Source: Eubacteriales bacterium
GTDB taxonomy: Bacteria > Bacillota > Clostridia > Oscillospirales > UMGS1783
NCBI GenBank assembly: GCA_045594545.1
Contig: JAZNYQ010000094.1
Coordinates: 2,796-66,795 of the forward strand
Direction: 5' to 3'
Length of the DNA: 64,000 bases
The notes beneath the pieces are model-generated. The model made no database searches. It was not told the origin of the DNA and worked only from the letters and a program-made list of their open reading frames with translations. Shown in pieces: positions 1 through 9,223 of the stretch (its first letter is position 1; each line of letters begins with the position of its first letter). The translations under genes were made by a program, and so were the position numbers.

Positions 1-257
1 GGAATATCGGTTTTCAGTAATTTCTGTAGAGTCACAATCTCTTGATAACTGCGCTCCATGCCGGCCGCTGCCGATTCTACCCTTCGATTGAAAAAGGGGG
101 CGGCATAGACGGCTTTGGTACAGATACGGTCAGTACGCTTTAACATATAGCTCATGGCGAACTGGTCGTCCACCTCATTATAAGTATCGGTGTCGAGTAC
201 AGCATCAACAAGACCGGTCGGCGGCAACAGATTCCGTAAATACTGTTCGTTTGTCAC
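1..257 (-). CDS. nucleoside hydrolase-like protein, N-terminal fragment (gene continues past window start)
   Basis: Hand translation from GTG at 257 gives VTNEQYLRNLLPPTGLVDAVLDTDTYNEVDDQFAMSYML... The DTD....DD aspartate cluster resembles the N-terminal fingerprint of inosine-uridine nucleoside hydrolases. GGAGG lies at 268-272. The gene is absent from the ORF track because it runs off the edge. Confidence 0.4.
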   Translation of the reverse strand, partial: MTNEQYLRNLLPPTGLVDAVLDTDTYNEVDDQFAMSYMLKRTDRICTKAVYAAPFFNRRVESAAAGMERSYQEIVTLQKLLKTDI

Positions 258-423
258 AATTAGTAATCCTCCTGATTTTATCTATGATACAGTTACCTAC
301 CATGTTCACACCGTTATCGGCAAATGAATTATAGTATGTGATATATATATCATACTTTAAAAAACACAGAAAATATATCAAGATATTGCCGTTTTATTTA
401 CTGTGGTTGCTTATTTTGTGATT

Positions 424-453
424 TTGCCCCGATTTTTTACCAAATCGGGGCAA
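424..453 (-). terminator. stem-loop directly downstream of the secreted glycosidase gene
   Basis: TTGCCCCGATTT (424-435) pairs with AAATCGGGGCAA (442-453), 3 nt beyond the stop at 457-459. There is no clean U-tract. Confidence 0.4.
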
Positions 454-456
454 TGC

Positions 457-3400
457 TTATACCATATTATAGTAGAAAAGGGTGGTGTCTGCCTGACCGG
501 CATAGGTACAGAAAAGCCCACCTGTCATCAATTCCTGACCGGTCATGACAAAAATCTCACCGGTATCGGCATTGGTTACTTGATAGGAGGCATCCTTCTG
601 CAATCCTTTCAAATAATAGGTAGCCTGCAGCTGCGTTGCTGCTGTGGGACAGAAGGTCATAACATAGCCTCTTCCCTCTTCGGGCAGGTAGAACTGATAG
701 GCGGCATTTTGCGTAGCAACGGCAGAATCGGTACCGTAAGAAAGCATATAGTAGTCGCCATACATCATTTCACGGTTGACCTTGTTTTCCGCCATGGCGG
801 CGGCAATTTCGGCTTCTGTCAGGTTATCCAGTCCGCCAAAGCCGACACCGGCGCTTAACATGGCGCGCAGATCATACATATCGTTACCTGACGGGTTGTT
901 AATCGGGTAACGACCGCCGTGAACGGGCAACCACCAAGTCAGGTTGAAATTGATGGATCGTACATTGTCCGGCATGGCCGTCACATTCGTTGCGTCCTCC
1001 TTATAGTCGCTACGCCACAAGGGGACGGAGCGTTTCATCATTTCCAAGTCCAGGGGGCGCCCGCCGGCGGCGCAGTTGTCGATCATCAACCCGGGGTTGC
1101 GCTCAACCAATTCATCCAGATACCGATAGAGGTTGGTGATGTATTTGATCTCGGTCATGCCGACACGGTTGGATTCATCGTTATAGCTCCAATAGGATTC
1201 CGGCTCAATATTAAAGTCCTGACGGTACCAGGTGATCTTACTGCCCTGGATGATGCTGCTGATCTTATCGATCATTTGATCGCAGAGCTCATCGTCGGCA
1301 AAATTATACAGATACATGGTGGGGTCAGCAATTACCTTATCAAGCACTTTTATTTCACCATGATCCGCACTGGCCTTTTGATTGCGCAATATATATTGAT
1401 CCTGAGCCAGATCCGTTTCGTAAGCCACACGCTCCGGCTCAAACCAAAGCAGGAACTCCTTATCCTGCTCTTCCAGCCAGGTACCGAGCTTGAGCATATT
1501 GTTATCCGGATAACGATCCTCCGCAAAGTACCAGTTACCAACCTGCTTGTTCCATGTGCGGGTTCCGACCGTGTCCGCGGCGCTCTGTTCGCCGTACCAG
1601 GTGGAGTCGATCCATAAGCCCTCTGCGTTTCTGCTGCTTATTCGAGCTTGCATCCTGGATATTAAGCTGTCCTGATCACCTGCACCGTTAATCGAGAAAA
1701 ACTGCGGGACACGCACCGGTGCACCGTTTTCCTGGGGAGTATAGTTCTTCAGAATCAACCGACGCAGATCGTTATGTCCCTCGGCCTGATCGCCCTTAAA
1801 GAACTGGAGCATGATCATGGGCGTACGCATTTGTTCACCGGGAAGCAGTTCAATATTTGTATTTTGCATGCCTGCGGTAATGCTTACATCACCGTTGTTG
1901 TTGGTAAATCCGGCCTTCCAGTTGCCGGTCCAACCAATACCGCCCGTAACACCGTATTCGTCGTTGCTAATATCGAAATACGGGAAGGCACCCTGCGAAG
2001 AACGTCCGCCGGTCGTCTGCATCGTATAAGACCCTGATGTCAGATCCTTTACAATAGGAGCGAAATCCGTGGCCGATGCGGTAGATCCGTTGGCCGTGGT
2101 CAGCTTTGGATTGGTAACGAAAACTGAACTGTCAATGGCTAGGATGTTACTGATAGGGTAGGTATTATTAGTTTCATTTAGGCTCTTGAAATAATTCGTC
2201 CACTCCAGCGAGGCCATTTCGGGATCAAAAGTAATTTCCGACCAAGTTTCAACCGCACCGTTGTTATAGCGAACGATCCAACCGGTATCGGTCGTTTCCA
2301 CTGTTTTTTTCCAAGTAGGATTGGCTGAAGAAAGATCCTCCTGTAACGATACCCCATTATAATCAAAGGAAAACAGGGTATTCTCTTTAATCTGCTTGGT
2401 AATCCATGTTTTTGCCGCAGTATAAGGATCGTGCGTTCCTCGGAAGGCGATCGTTTCGGCAGTGCCGATCGTATCCCGTGACGAATAAATAACCGGACAA
2501 GCCTTAATATTCGGCTCCTCATTCAACGCATCTAAGCCTTTGATTTTCAACGTTATTGCATAATTGCCGCGTCGATCAAAATCCTTTTTTACCGTTTCAT
2601 ATAATTGCTCTGCCAGTTTATGAGAAAACCGATAGGAAAAAGATCGGCCGTTAATCTTAAGTTCTACATTAATCGCCGCATTATCCTCACGCGCCAACAA
2701 CTCATAGGCTTTCATAGAATGAAATACGAACTTAAAGCCGTATTTAACCCAGGACAGATCCGCCTCATCAAATTTCGTACCGGCATTGATGATGCGATAG
2801 GAAAAGAATCGATATCCTCCGCAATCGGTATCGTACAGAGGCAATGCACGGTTTTCCACTTGGAAAGAAACAAAAGCCTCGGCCGTATTTTGACTGGTAA
2901 TTAGGACGCCCTTACCATCAGAACTGTCAATGATCTGACCGAAAGCAACCAGATTGTCCGCTGTCACGGAGTGTCCGTTTAAATCCAGCGTGATATCCGC
3001 CTTGACCTCACCAAACCGTTCAGCAATACTCGTATCCTGAAGCAGCGTGACGATTTCTCCCGATTTGGCCGCAATCAGCGCTTCCGATAGCGTATCATAT
3101 TTCGCCGTTTCGATAGCAGCGGCCGACGACATCTCTCTATAGGTGGCATCCGTGGTGGTGCTGTCTGCAAATTTACCTTCTTCTGCCAACAGGGGCAGTC
3201 CGGTCGTGGTTGACCAAATGCCGTCAATCCACCCGTTGTTCACACACTCACCGCAACTGCCAAAAACAGGATTGGTGGCGTTTTTATTTTCACCAATATA
3301 AACGTGCAGTTTATAATTATTGCTCTGGGCATAAGCCTTGGCATCTGCCACAGCCGTTCCTTCAAACTTTACTCGGATGGAACGGTTGTCGCTTTGCACG

Positions 3401-4164
3401 GTCATGGATTTCGCAATCCATGTTTCATATACGTCGGTTGCCTGAAGGTTGCCATCGAGTGCGTTGGTGGCTCTCAACTCAATAGCGAGCGGGCCATTAT
3501 TTCCCGATAAACCGGCCGCTTGAATCGTATCCGAAAAACTGATTATGATTTCCGAATCGCTTACCTTAACTACCTGTTTTACCGTCAGGTACTCACTCGG
3601 CATAAGCAGGTCGACACAGGCGGCATCCACACCGTTATAGGTTGTGTTGGCCTTCAATGCCTTTGTTGTACCGTTTACCGGATTGGTCCAGCCATTGACC
3701 AAGTTATCACCCTTGGCATCGGTTGCCGAATCGTATATGTACAGATGGAAACCGACAGCCCCCTGCTCTTTCCAATAGGAAAAACCTTTACTGGCATCAG
3801 GTAGCTTCAACAACGGGATACGCTTGGATGCGCCGAAGTTTTGAAGAAATACCGGCGAAATCCACTCATTTCCCCCTATTGTCTGTGCCTCTAATGTCGT
3901 GTCGTCCGCCTTATACGGAACGACAGCGATGGAGGTCTTGGATCCATTCTGCCCTTTAACTCGCCAGCCGTTCTCATCCGACACATTGAAATACAGAGCG
4001 AACGCCTGATCCTGCGGCGAATCCCAACCGGCCGTCTTGTTATTGAGGGCATAGGCACCGAGCAATTGAAATTCATTGCCGGCTGTTGTGCCGACGGCCT
4101 GCACCGAAAAAGGTAAACCAATCAACATGGCCATGCACAATAAAATTGCCAAACATTTTTTCAT
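457..4164 (-). CDS. secreted multidomain glycoside hydrolase with a C-terminal GH36-like (alpha-galactosidase-type, clan D) domain
   Basis: The ORF track gives 457..4194. I prefer the ATG at 4164, preceded by AAGGAGGAG and followed by the signal peptide MKKCLAILLCMAMLIGLPFSVQA. The C-terminal ~650 aa carry YRQDFN, DNCAAGGRPLD and WRSDY. These parallel RVDYN, ENCAGGGGRTD and WVSDW in the neighbouring GH36 gene. The N-terminal ~600 aa are non-catalytic and include an adhesin-like segment (ITLDLNGHSVT). Confidence 0.8.
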   Translation of the reverse strand: MKKCLAILLCMAMLIGLPFSVQAVGTTAGNEFQLLGAYALNNKTAGWDSPQDQAFALYFNVSDENGWRVKGQNGSKTSIAVVPYKADDTTLEAQTIGGNEWISPVFLQNFGASKRIPLLKLPDASKGFSYWKEQGAVGFHLYIYDSATDAKGDNLVNGWTNPVNGTTKALKANTTYNGVDAACVDLLMPSEYLTVKQVVKVSDSEIIISFSDTIQAAGLSGNNGPLAIELRATNALDGNLQATDVYETWIAKSMTVQSDNRSIRVKFEGTAVADAKAYAQSNNYKLHVYIGENKNATNPVFGSCGECVNNGWIDGIWSTTTGLPLLAEEGKFADSTTTDATYREMSSAAAIETAKYDTLSEALIAAKSGEIVTLLQDTSIAERFGEVKADITLDLNGHSVTADNLVAFGQIIDSSDGKGVLITSQNTAEAFVSFQVENRALPLYDTDCGGYRFFSYRIINAGTKFDEADLSWVKYGFKFVFHSMKAYELLAREDNAAINVELKINGRSFSYRFSHKLAEQLYETVKKDFDRRGNYAITLKIKGLDALNEEPNIKACPVIYSSRDTIGTAETIAFRGTHDPYTAAKTWITKQIKENTLFSFDYNGVSLQEDLSSANPTWKKTVETTDTGWIVRYNNGAVETWSEITFDPEMASLEWTNYFKSLNETNNTYPISNILAIDSSVFVTNPKLTTANGSTASATDFAPIVKDLTSGSYTMQTTGGRSSQGAFPYFDISNDEYGVTGGIGWTGNWKAGFTNNNGDVSITAGMQNTNIELLPGEQMRTPMIMLQFFKGDQAEGHNDLRRLILKNYTPQENGAPVRVPQFFSINGAGDQDSLISRMQARISSRNAEGLWIDSTWYGEQSAADTVGTRTWNKQVGNWYFAEDRYPDNNMLKLGTWLEEQDKEFLLWFEPERVAYETDLAQDQYILRNQKASADHGEIKVLDKVIADPTMYLYNFADDELCDQMIDKISSIIQGSKITWYRQDFNIEPESYWSYNDESNRVGMTEIKYITNLYRYLDELVERNPGLMIDNCAAGGRPLDLEMMKRSVPLWRSDYKEDATNVTAMPDNVRSINFNLTWWLPVHGGRYPINNPSGNDMYDLRAMLSAGVGFGGLDNLTEAEIAAAMAENKVNREMMYGDYYMLSYGTDSAVATQNAAYQFYLPEEGRGYVMTFCPTAATQLQATYYLKGLQKDASYQVTNADTGEIFVMTGQELMTGGLFCTYAGQADTTLFYYNMV

Positions 4165-4303
4165 ATATGACTCCTCCTTAAGTTGCCACTGCAAGATCTC
4201 TATTTTTATGATAAAATAAAAAAATTAAAATTTATATCGATATCTTGCTTTTTTCTTTACTTTGGTTGCTCTTTTGTGTTATAATATAATAGAGGTGATC
4301 ACA

Positions 4304-5044
4304 ATGGTAAAAATTATCCGTCACGAAATCGGACGAGACCGCATGTATAAGATCTGGCACCGAGCGGAAGGCAACATGCTGTTGTATGTACATAAAGGTG
4401 TCGGAAGTATCGTCTCACCCGAACACGTATATCCCTTGCAATCGGGCGTATTGTGTTTTATCGGCTCACAGGTGCTTCACCATACCCTTCCCAACCTTTC
4501 CACCACCTATGACCGGAGTAAGATATTTATTAGTGACGCTATGCTGGAGCGACTTTCGCCTTTGTTGGGTATCCAGATTACCCCTCACTCCATTCTCTAC
4601 GGCAAAGTAAAGGAAGACGTGGAGAAAATATTTGAATGGATGGAAGAATATGGAGAAAGCGGCGGTTATCTGCAGCTGTTGCTGATGCTAAGCAAGCACA
4701 TTGACAACCACATTCACATCGGCACTTCCTCCGTCGATCGCGCCATTAGTTATATTCAGAAAAACATCAACGACCCCATCACGATTGATGATATCTGCAC
4801 TGCCGTTCATGCCTCAAAATTCCATTTCTGCCGCAAGTTTAAGGAGCGAACCGGATATACTGTCATGAAATATATTCTGAAAACACGAATCTCCGTAGCC
4901 TGCAATATGATTGAGCAGGGCCGACATAATATGGCACACATCAGCGAATCCTGCGGATTTTCCAGCCCTGCCTATTTTAGCCGTGTCTTCAAGGATGAAA
5001 TCGGCAAATCCCCTATGCAATACAAAAAATCCATACAGAAATAA
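4304..5044 (+). CDS. AraC-family transcriptional regulator
   Basis: The C-terminal double HTH is FHFCRKFKERTGYTVMKYILKTRISVACNMI...SPAYFSRVFKDEIGKSPMQY, and the N-terminus is cupin-like. The start is moved to the ATG at 4304 (MVKIIRHE), which follows AGAGGTG. The ORF-track TTG at 4262 lies upstream of TATAAT boxes. Confidence 0.9.
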   Translation: MVKIIRHEIGRDRMYKIWHRAEGNMLLYVHKGVGSIVSPEHVYPLQSGVLCFIGSQVLHHTLPNLSTTYDRSKIFISDAMLERLSPLLGIQITPHSILYGKVKEDVEKIFEWMEEYGESGGYLQLLLMLSKHIDNHIHIGTSSVDRAISYIQKNINDPITIDDICTAVHASKFHFCRKFKERTGYTVMKYILKTRISVACNMIEQGRHNMAHISESCGFSSPAYFSRVFKDEIGKSPMQYKKSIQK

Positions 5045-5076
5045 AAAGAGCACACCGAGTTTCGGTGTGCTCTTTC
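5043..5076. terminator. bidirectional rho-independent terminator between the convergent araC-like and GH36 genes
   Basis: AGAGCACACCGA (5047-5058) pairs with TCGGTGTGCTCT (5062-5073). An A-run lies on the left and a T-run on the right. Confidence 0.7.
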
Positions 5077-5085
5077 GCTATGTGC

Positions 5086-7263
5086 TTATTCTACAGCTTC
5101 AAAAGTAATCAATTCCGAGGATAATGAGGTCGGAATGGAAATCACCAATCCATGACGCCGCAACTCATGGCCACTGACAGTGAAGACCTCTCCGGTATTA
5201 TCCATCATCACACGGTAAGTACGGCCGGCATCCAATCCGCGAGGCATAACCGTAATCGTTTTATCCGCCGTTCCGGACAAGGTAAATACCGTCATGGCAC
5301 CCTTTACCCCGTCAGGCGATGCAATCTCCAGAACCATGTTCCCTTCCTCAGCCGCCTTGTAAACCTCCGGCGTATGGTGATACACCTTACAGGTCGGCAA
5401 CATGGGACGAATGAAGTCTTTGTAAAGTTGCACGCTGTGTTTGACAAATTCCATCTGCACCGGATTTGGCGTAGTAGCCATAGGGGCAATCACGTTGAGC
5501 GACATGTGCCCCAACATAACATTTCTCATGTGCGCATCAAAGGAACCAAAAGTGTGACAACCCATGCCGGCAAACAAACGATCCACCCGCTCAGGCGGTA
5601 ATGCCATGGTCATACCGTTGGTGATCATAACCGAGTGAGGCATCTTCTGCCAGTCAGACACCCAGGTATGGTGGAACGCCTTCATGATACCCAGATCGGT
5701 ACGTCCACCGCCACCGGCGCAATTCTCAAACAGAACATCGGGAAAACGCTTTTTCAAGTTCTGATACATGTTATAAACGGCTTGGAAATGACGAAGCGAC
5801 ACGCACTCCTTAATTCCCTCTCCGCTGATATCTCTCACATTGAAGTAGTCGTTGGGACCGATATTATAGTCTACTCGCAGAAGGTCCAGTTTGTATTCGG
5901 TGATAATACGCGCCAACTCATCCTCTGCCCACTGCGCCGCTTCGGGATTGGTGAAGTCAAGCAAATACTGAACATCCCGCCATGGCCCACCGTATACGTT
6001 CGGCACTCTCCACTCCGGCTTCTCAGTAAAGATATTACTCTTAGCACCAATGCGCTCGATCTCCACCCACATGGCAAATTTCATGCCCTTTTTATGGCAA
6101 TAATCACTCAATTCCACCATGCCGTTGGGATAACGATCGGGATTGGGACGGTTGATTCCGTTATAGTCATACCATTTCATCTCTTCATGAGGCGGATTCT
6201 GCCAACCGGCATCAATAATAAATACCTCTCCACCCATTTCGGCCATCTGATCAATAAACGCCTTGGAATCCTCCACCAACATATCATGCTCGGCACCCAT
6301 ACCGCAACCGATCAGACAAGCTGACGGATCCGCTTCAGGCAAATTCAGCACCGACTTGCGCACATGGGCATGCATCTCATTGACCGCATCATCCAGATCC
6401 CCCTTAATGGCACCCATGTATACTTCAGGGGTAGTAAATTTTTCTCCCGCCTTCAACACCAAGATGGGATTATGCCCCATGATCTCCGCTTTGAATGACA
6501 AGGCAGGCACCATAAATCCCTTGTCGTTAGCCTCACGCACCACTTTATGATCCACGGTATAACGGCATCCGCCGCTCCAGGCGATCTGCGAAAAATACAT
6601 AGTGCCATCGATGTTATTGCGGATAAAAATCAGCGGATGGCGATACCGATTGCGCATAAAACGAGTATCGATATCGGTTATTCCCGGCTCAAGCGCGTGC
6701 CAATTAAATTCGCCTTCTCTGCCCCAGTTATCATTATCAAAATATCCAACCGAATAATAGGTCTCCGGCTTGCCGTCGTAAGTGCGGATCGACATATCCA
6801 TCGATTCCATTCCGCCCGCCAAAACCGCCATGCGGCTGACCGTTAACGGCTCATCCGACAGATTTTCCATGGTAATATAACGGGTAAACATCTGCGTACC
6901 GTCAAGGATCGTGTGAATCTGCAGGCGCACCGGCACCAGTCGGCTATCCAGCGTCAAGACCGCATGAATATCCTGCTCGCTCTTTTCAGTTGTGAAATCC
7001 ACAAATTCCAGATCATAATCGATACAGCGGCCGTTAATCTCCAGATTAAAGGCAAACGGCTCACGAAACCGCAAATGATCCAACCGTGTCGGGCAGTTGG
7101 TCAGCACGTCGAGCGGATACCCCGCCGCATTATATCCCTGCGATAAAAGGGTACCTTTCCACAGTTTCTCCTCATACACCATCATGCCGCTGCGGTAGCA
7201 GAAAACCGGACTCTCGCCGGGCTGATAATAGACGTCAAAGTAATCGTAATTCTTCTGTTTCAT
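5086..7263 (-). CDS. GH36 alpha-galactosidase-like glycoside hydrolase (cytoplasmic, no signal peptide)
   Basis: 725 aa. Motifs are LLRVDYNIGP, FENCAGGGGRTDLG and HTWVSDWQ, typical of GH36 melibiase-type enzymes. The substrate cannot be read from the sequence. Confidence 0.85.
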   Translation of the reverse strand: MKQKNYDYFDVYYQPGESPVFCYRSGMMVYEEKLWKGTLLSQGYNAAGYPLDVLTNCPTRLDHLRFREPFAFNLEINGRCIDYDLEFVDFTTEKSEQDIHAVLTLDSRLVPVRLQIHTILDGTQMFTRYITMENLSDEPLTVSRMAVLAGGMESMDMSIRTYDGKPETYYSVGYFDNDNWGREGEFNWHALEPGITDIDTRFMRNRYRHPLIFIRNNIDGTMYFSQIAWSGGCRYTVDHKVVREANDKGFMVPALSFKAEIMGHNPILVLKAGEKFTTPEVYMGAIKGDLDDAVNEMHAHVRKSVLNLPEADPSACLIGCGMGAEHDMLVEDSKAFIDQMAEMGGEVFIIDAGWQNPPHEEMKWYDYNGINRPNPDRYPNGMVELSDYCHKKGMKFAMWVEIERIGAKSNIFTEKPEWRVPNVYGGPWRDVQYLLDFTNPEAAQWAEDELARIITEYKLDLLRVDYNIGPNDYFNVRDISGEGIKECVSLRHFQAVYNMYQNLKKRFPDVLFENCAGGGGRTDLGIMKAFHHTWVSDWQKMPHSVMITNGMTMALPPERVDRLFAGMGCHTFGSFDAHMRNVMLGHMSLNVIAPMATTPNPVQMEFVKHSVQLYKDFIRPMLPTCKVYHHTPEVYKAAEEGNMVLEIASPDGVKGAMTVFTLSGTADKTITVMPRGLDAGRTYRVMMDNTGEVFTVSGHELRRHGLVISIPTSLSSELITFEAVE

Positions 7264-7295
7264 AGAAATTACTTCCTTTATATTAATTTAAGTTC

Positions 7296-7323
7296 AGTAT
7301 AACAAAAAAATAAGTTCTGTCAA
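7296..7323 (-). promoter_or_regulatory. sigma-A type promoter for the GH36 gene
   Basis: On the minus strand: TTGACA (7323-7318), 16-nt spacer, TATACT (7301-7296). It lies about 30 nt upstream of the RBS AAGGAAG. Confidence 0.55.
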
Positions 7324-7350
7324 TGGAATTTCCCTTGGTTTTCTTGCTAC

Positions 7351-7384
7351 CAAAGAAAAACGGCAGATTTTTCAATCTGCCGTT
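7351..7384 (-). terminator. rho-independent terminator of rnpB
   Basis: AACGGCAGAT (7359-7368) pairs with ATCTGCCGTT (7375-7384). On the minus strand it is followed by TTTTTCTTTG. Confidence 0.7.
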
Positions 7385-7396
7385 ATCTTTCAAATA

Positions 7397-7732
7397 ATGC
7401 ATGTCTGTAAGCCGGGTTCTGTAATCGACAGTCATCTATCTGGGATACCCGTTACCGGATACCTCTAGCCACCTTCGGAGCGGCCGGGCAGGCCTATATG
7501 CCCCATATACGGTGTTGCTTCGGATAGGGTTTACAAAACTATCCCGTCTCCGGGATATTGGTGAGCTCTTACCTCGCCGTTTCATCCTTACCCTTACGGG
7601 CGGTTTGTTTTCTGTTGCACTTTCCCTAAGGTTACCCTCGGCGGACGTTATCCGTTATCCTCGCCCTGTGAAGCCCGGACTTTCCTCAGTCTATATCCTT
7701 TCGCATATAAACCGCGACTGTCCGACATGCAT
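7397..7732 (-). ncRNA. rnpB: RNase P RNA, bacterial type A
   Basis: The minus strand reads ...GAGGAAAGUCCGGGCUUCACAGGGC...AGUGCAACAGAAAACAAACCGCC...GGUAAGAGCUCACC...AGAUGACUGUCGAUUACAGAACCCGGCUUAC. These match the universally conserved P4, J3/4 and P15 regions of E. coli-type RNase P RNA. The P1 helix pairs AUGCAUGUC with GACAUGCAU at the two ends. Confidence 0.93.
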
Positions 7733-7739
7733 CTTTTTT

Positions 7740-7768
7740 ATTGTAATACAAAGTTTCTCATTTTTCAA
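7740..7768 (-). promoter_or_regulatory. promoter of rnpB
   Basis: On the minus strand: TTGAAA (7768-7763), 17 nt, TACAAT (7745-7740). The predicted start is about 7 nt downstream and coincides with the 5' end of P1. Confidence 0.55.
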
Positions 7769-7770
7769 GA

Positions 7771-7799
7771 TTGAAAATGTAAAAGATATGCAGTATAAT
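7771..7799 (+). promoter_or_regulatory. promoter of the murD operon
   Basis: TTGAAA (7771-7776), 17 nt, TATAAT (7794-7799). It sits back to back with the rnpB promoter, with 2 nt between the two -35 boxes. Confidence 0.6.
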
Positions 7800-7837
7800 G
7801 TAAGGATAGAAAGTATATGCGTAAAGGAGTTATTACC

Positions 7838-9223
7838 ATGTCGGTTGCGCAAGATCGCTTAAAAGAACGCATTTGCGGGAAAAAGGTATCCATTATCGGG
7901 ATCGGTGTTTCCAATACCCCTGTGATTAAACAATTCGCCTCTCTGGGCGCATTTGTCACAGCTCGGGACCGCAACCCCGCCCCGATAAGCGAAAGCGTGC
8001 AAGCCCAATTTGAAGCCCTTGGCGTGAAATTGGTGCTGGGTGAAGGGTATCTGGATAACATGGATGATGATATTGTGCTTCGTACCCCCGGTATGCGCTA
8101 TGACGCACCCGCCCTACAAGCCGCCCGCGCCCGCGGAGCTGAAGTCACCAGCGAAATGGAACTGTTCTTTGAACTGTGTCCCTGTCCTATCTTTGCCGTT
8201 ACCGGCTCGGACGGTAAGACCACAACCACTACTCTGATCTGCGAGATGCTTACCCGCCAAGGTTTTAAGTGTCATAAAGGCGGAAATATCGGCACACCCC
8301 TGTTGCCGATTATCCATCAGATCGCCTGTTCTGATCTGGCTGTGGTTGAATTGTCCAGTTTCCAGTTGCATGACATGACCTGCTCGCCCGACGTAGCCGT
8401 CATCACCAACCTTTCTCCCAATCATCTGGATTATCATACCGACTTTACCGAATATATCGAAGCCAAGGCGAATATTTTCCGCCACCAGACCCCCAATGAC
8501 CGTCTGGTCTATAATAACGGAAACGCCACCACCGTTGGGCTGGTCAACGATGCCCCCGGCAACCGTGTGGCATTTAACTGGGAAAAATCCGACGGTTGCT
8601 GTGTCTATTGCCGCGATAATACCGTCTGTTATGTAGACGGAAGCGGTGAGCGTGAGGTGCTGAAGACCACCGATATCCGCCTGCCCGGCAAACATAATAT
8701 CGAAAACTATATGGCTGCCATTGCCGCCGTTATGGACTATGTCGATCCCGAAAATATTGCCGCTGTCGCCCGTGAATTCGGCGGCGTCGAACACCGCATC
8801 GAATTTGTCCGTGAAATCTACGGTGTCTGCTATTATAACGATTCGATCGCCTCCTCTCCCACCCGTGCCGCCGCAGGCCTGATGAGCTTTGATAAGCAGC
8901 TGATCCTGATTGCCGGCGGGTACGATAAAAATCTGGACTATACCGAATTCGGTTCTCTGGTCTGCGAGCGTGTAAAGCACTTGATCTTGCTGGGCGCCAC
9001 CGCTCAAAAGATCTATGATGCCGTAACCACCAGCCCCCTCTATAACGAATCTTCTGTTTGCATTACCCGTTGTGAGGATATGGAGCAAGCCGTAAAAACG
9101 GCCGCTGCCGTTGCCAAAAAAGGTGACATTGTCATGCTCAGCCCCGCTTCTGCATCCTTTGACCAGTTCAAGAATTTCATGGAGCGCGGAAAGAAGTTTA
9201 AGGATCTGGTAAACGCCCTATGA
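7838..9223 (+). CDS. murD: UDP-N-acetylmuramoyl-L-alanine--D-glutamate ligase
   Basis: Rossmann N-terminus KKVSIIGIGVSNTPV, Mur ligase P-loop AVTGSDGKTTTTTLI, and C-terminus SPASASFDQFKNFMERGKKFKDLV. The start is the ATG at 7838, after AAAGGAG. Confidence 0.88.
   Translation: MSVAQDRLKERICGKKVSIIGIGVSNTPVIKQFASLGAFVTARDRNPAPISESVQAQFEALGVKLVLGEGYLDNMDDDIVLRTPGMRYDAPALQAARARGAEVTSEMELFFELCPCPIFAVTGSDGKTTTTTLICEMLTRQGFKCHKGGNIGTPLLPIIHQIACSDLAVVELSSFQLHDMTCSPDVAVITNLSPNHLDYHTDFTEYIEAKANIFRHQTPNDRLVYNNGNATTVGLVNDAPGNRVAFNWEKSDGCCVYCRDNTVCYVDGSGEREVLKTTDIRLPGKHNIENYMAAIAAVMDYVDPENIAAVAREFGGVEHRIEFVREIYGVCYYNDSIASSPTRAAAGLMSFDKQLILIAGGYDKNLDYTEFGSLVCERVKHLILLGATAQKIYDAVTTSPLYNESSVCITRCEDMEQAVKTAAAVAKKGDIVMLSPASASFDQFKNFMERGKKFKDLVNAL

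Noticed and set aside
333-356. AT-rich imperfect palindrome AGTATGTGATATATATATCATACT upstream of the nucleoside hydrolase-like gene as an operator
   Set aside because: It needs an indel to pair. It is essentially an (AT)n tract in an AT-rich promoter region, and there is no supporting second copy.
403-1617. Plus-strand ORFs (403-858, 919-1617) and many other 60-230-aa ORFs overlapping the long minus-strand genes
   Set aside because: They lie fully inside well-supported genes on the opposite strand. They have no RBS, and I recognise no family.
4280-4290. Two overlapping TATAAT hexamers as the araC-like gene promoter
   Set aside because: They sit only about 1 to 11 nt upstream of the RBS (4291-4298). 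A transcript started from them would lack or truncate the RBS, and no -35 box lies at proper spacing.
8114-9088. 324-aa minus-strand ORF antisense to murD
   Set aside because: It is codon-aligned with murD, and the murD assignment is strongly supported by motifs. This is a shadow ORF.
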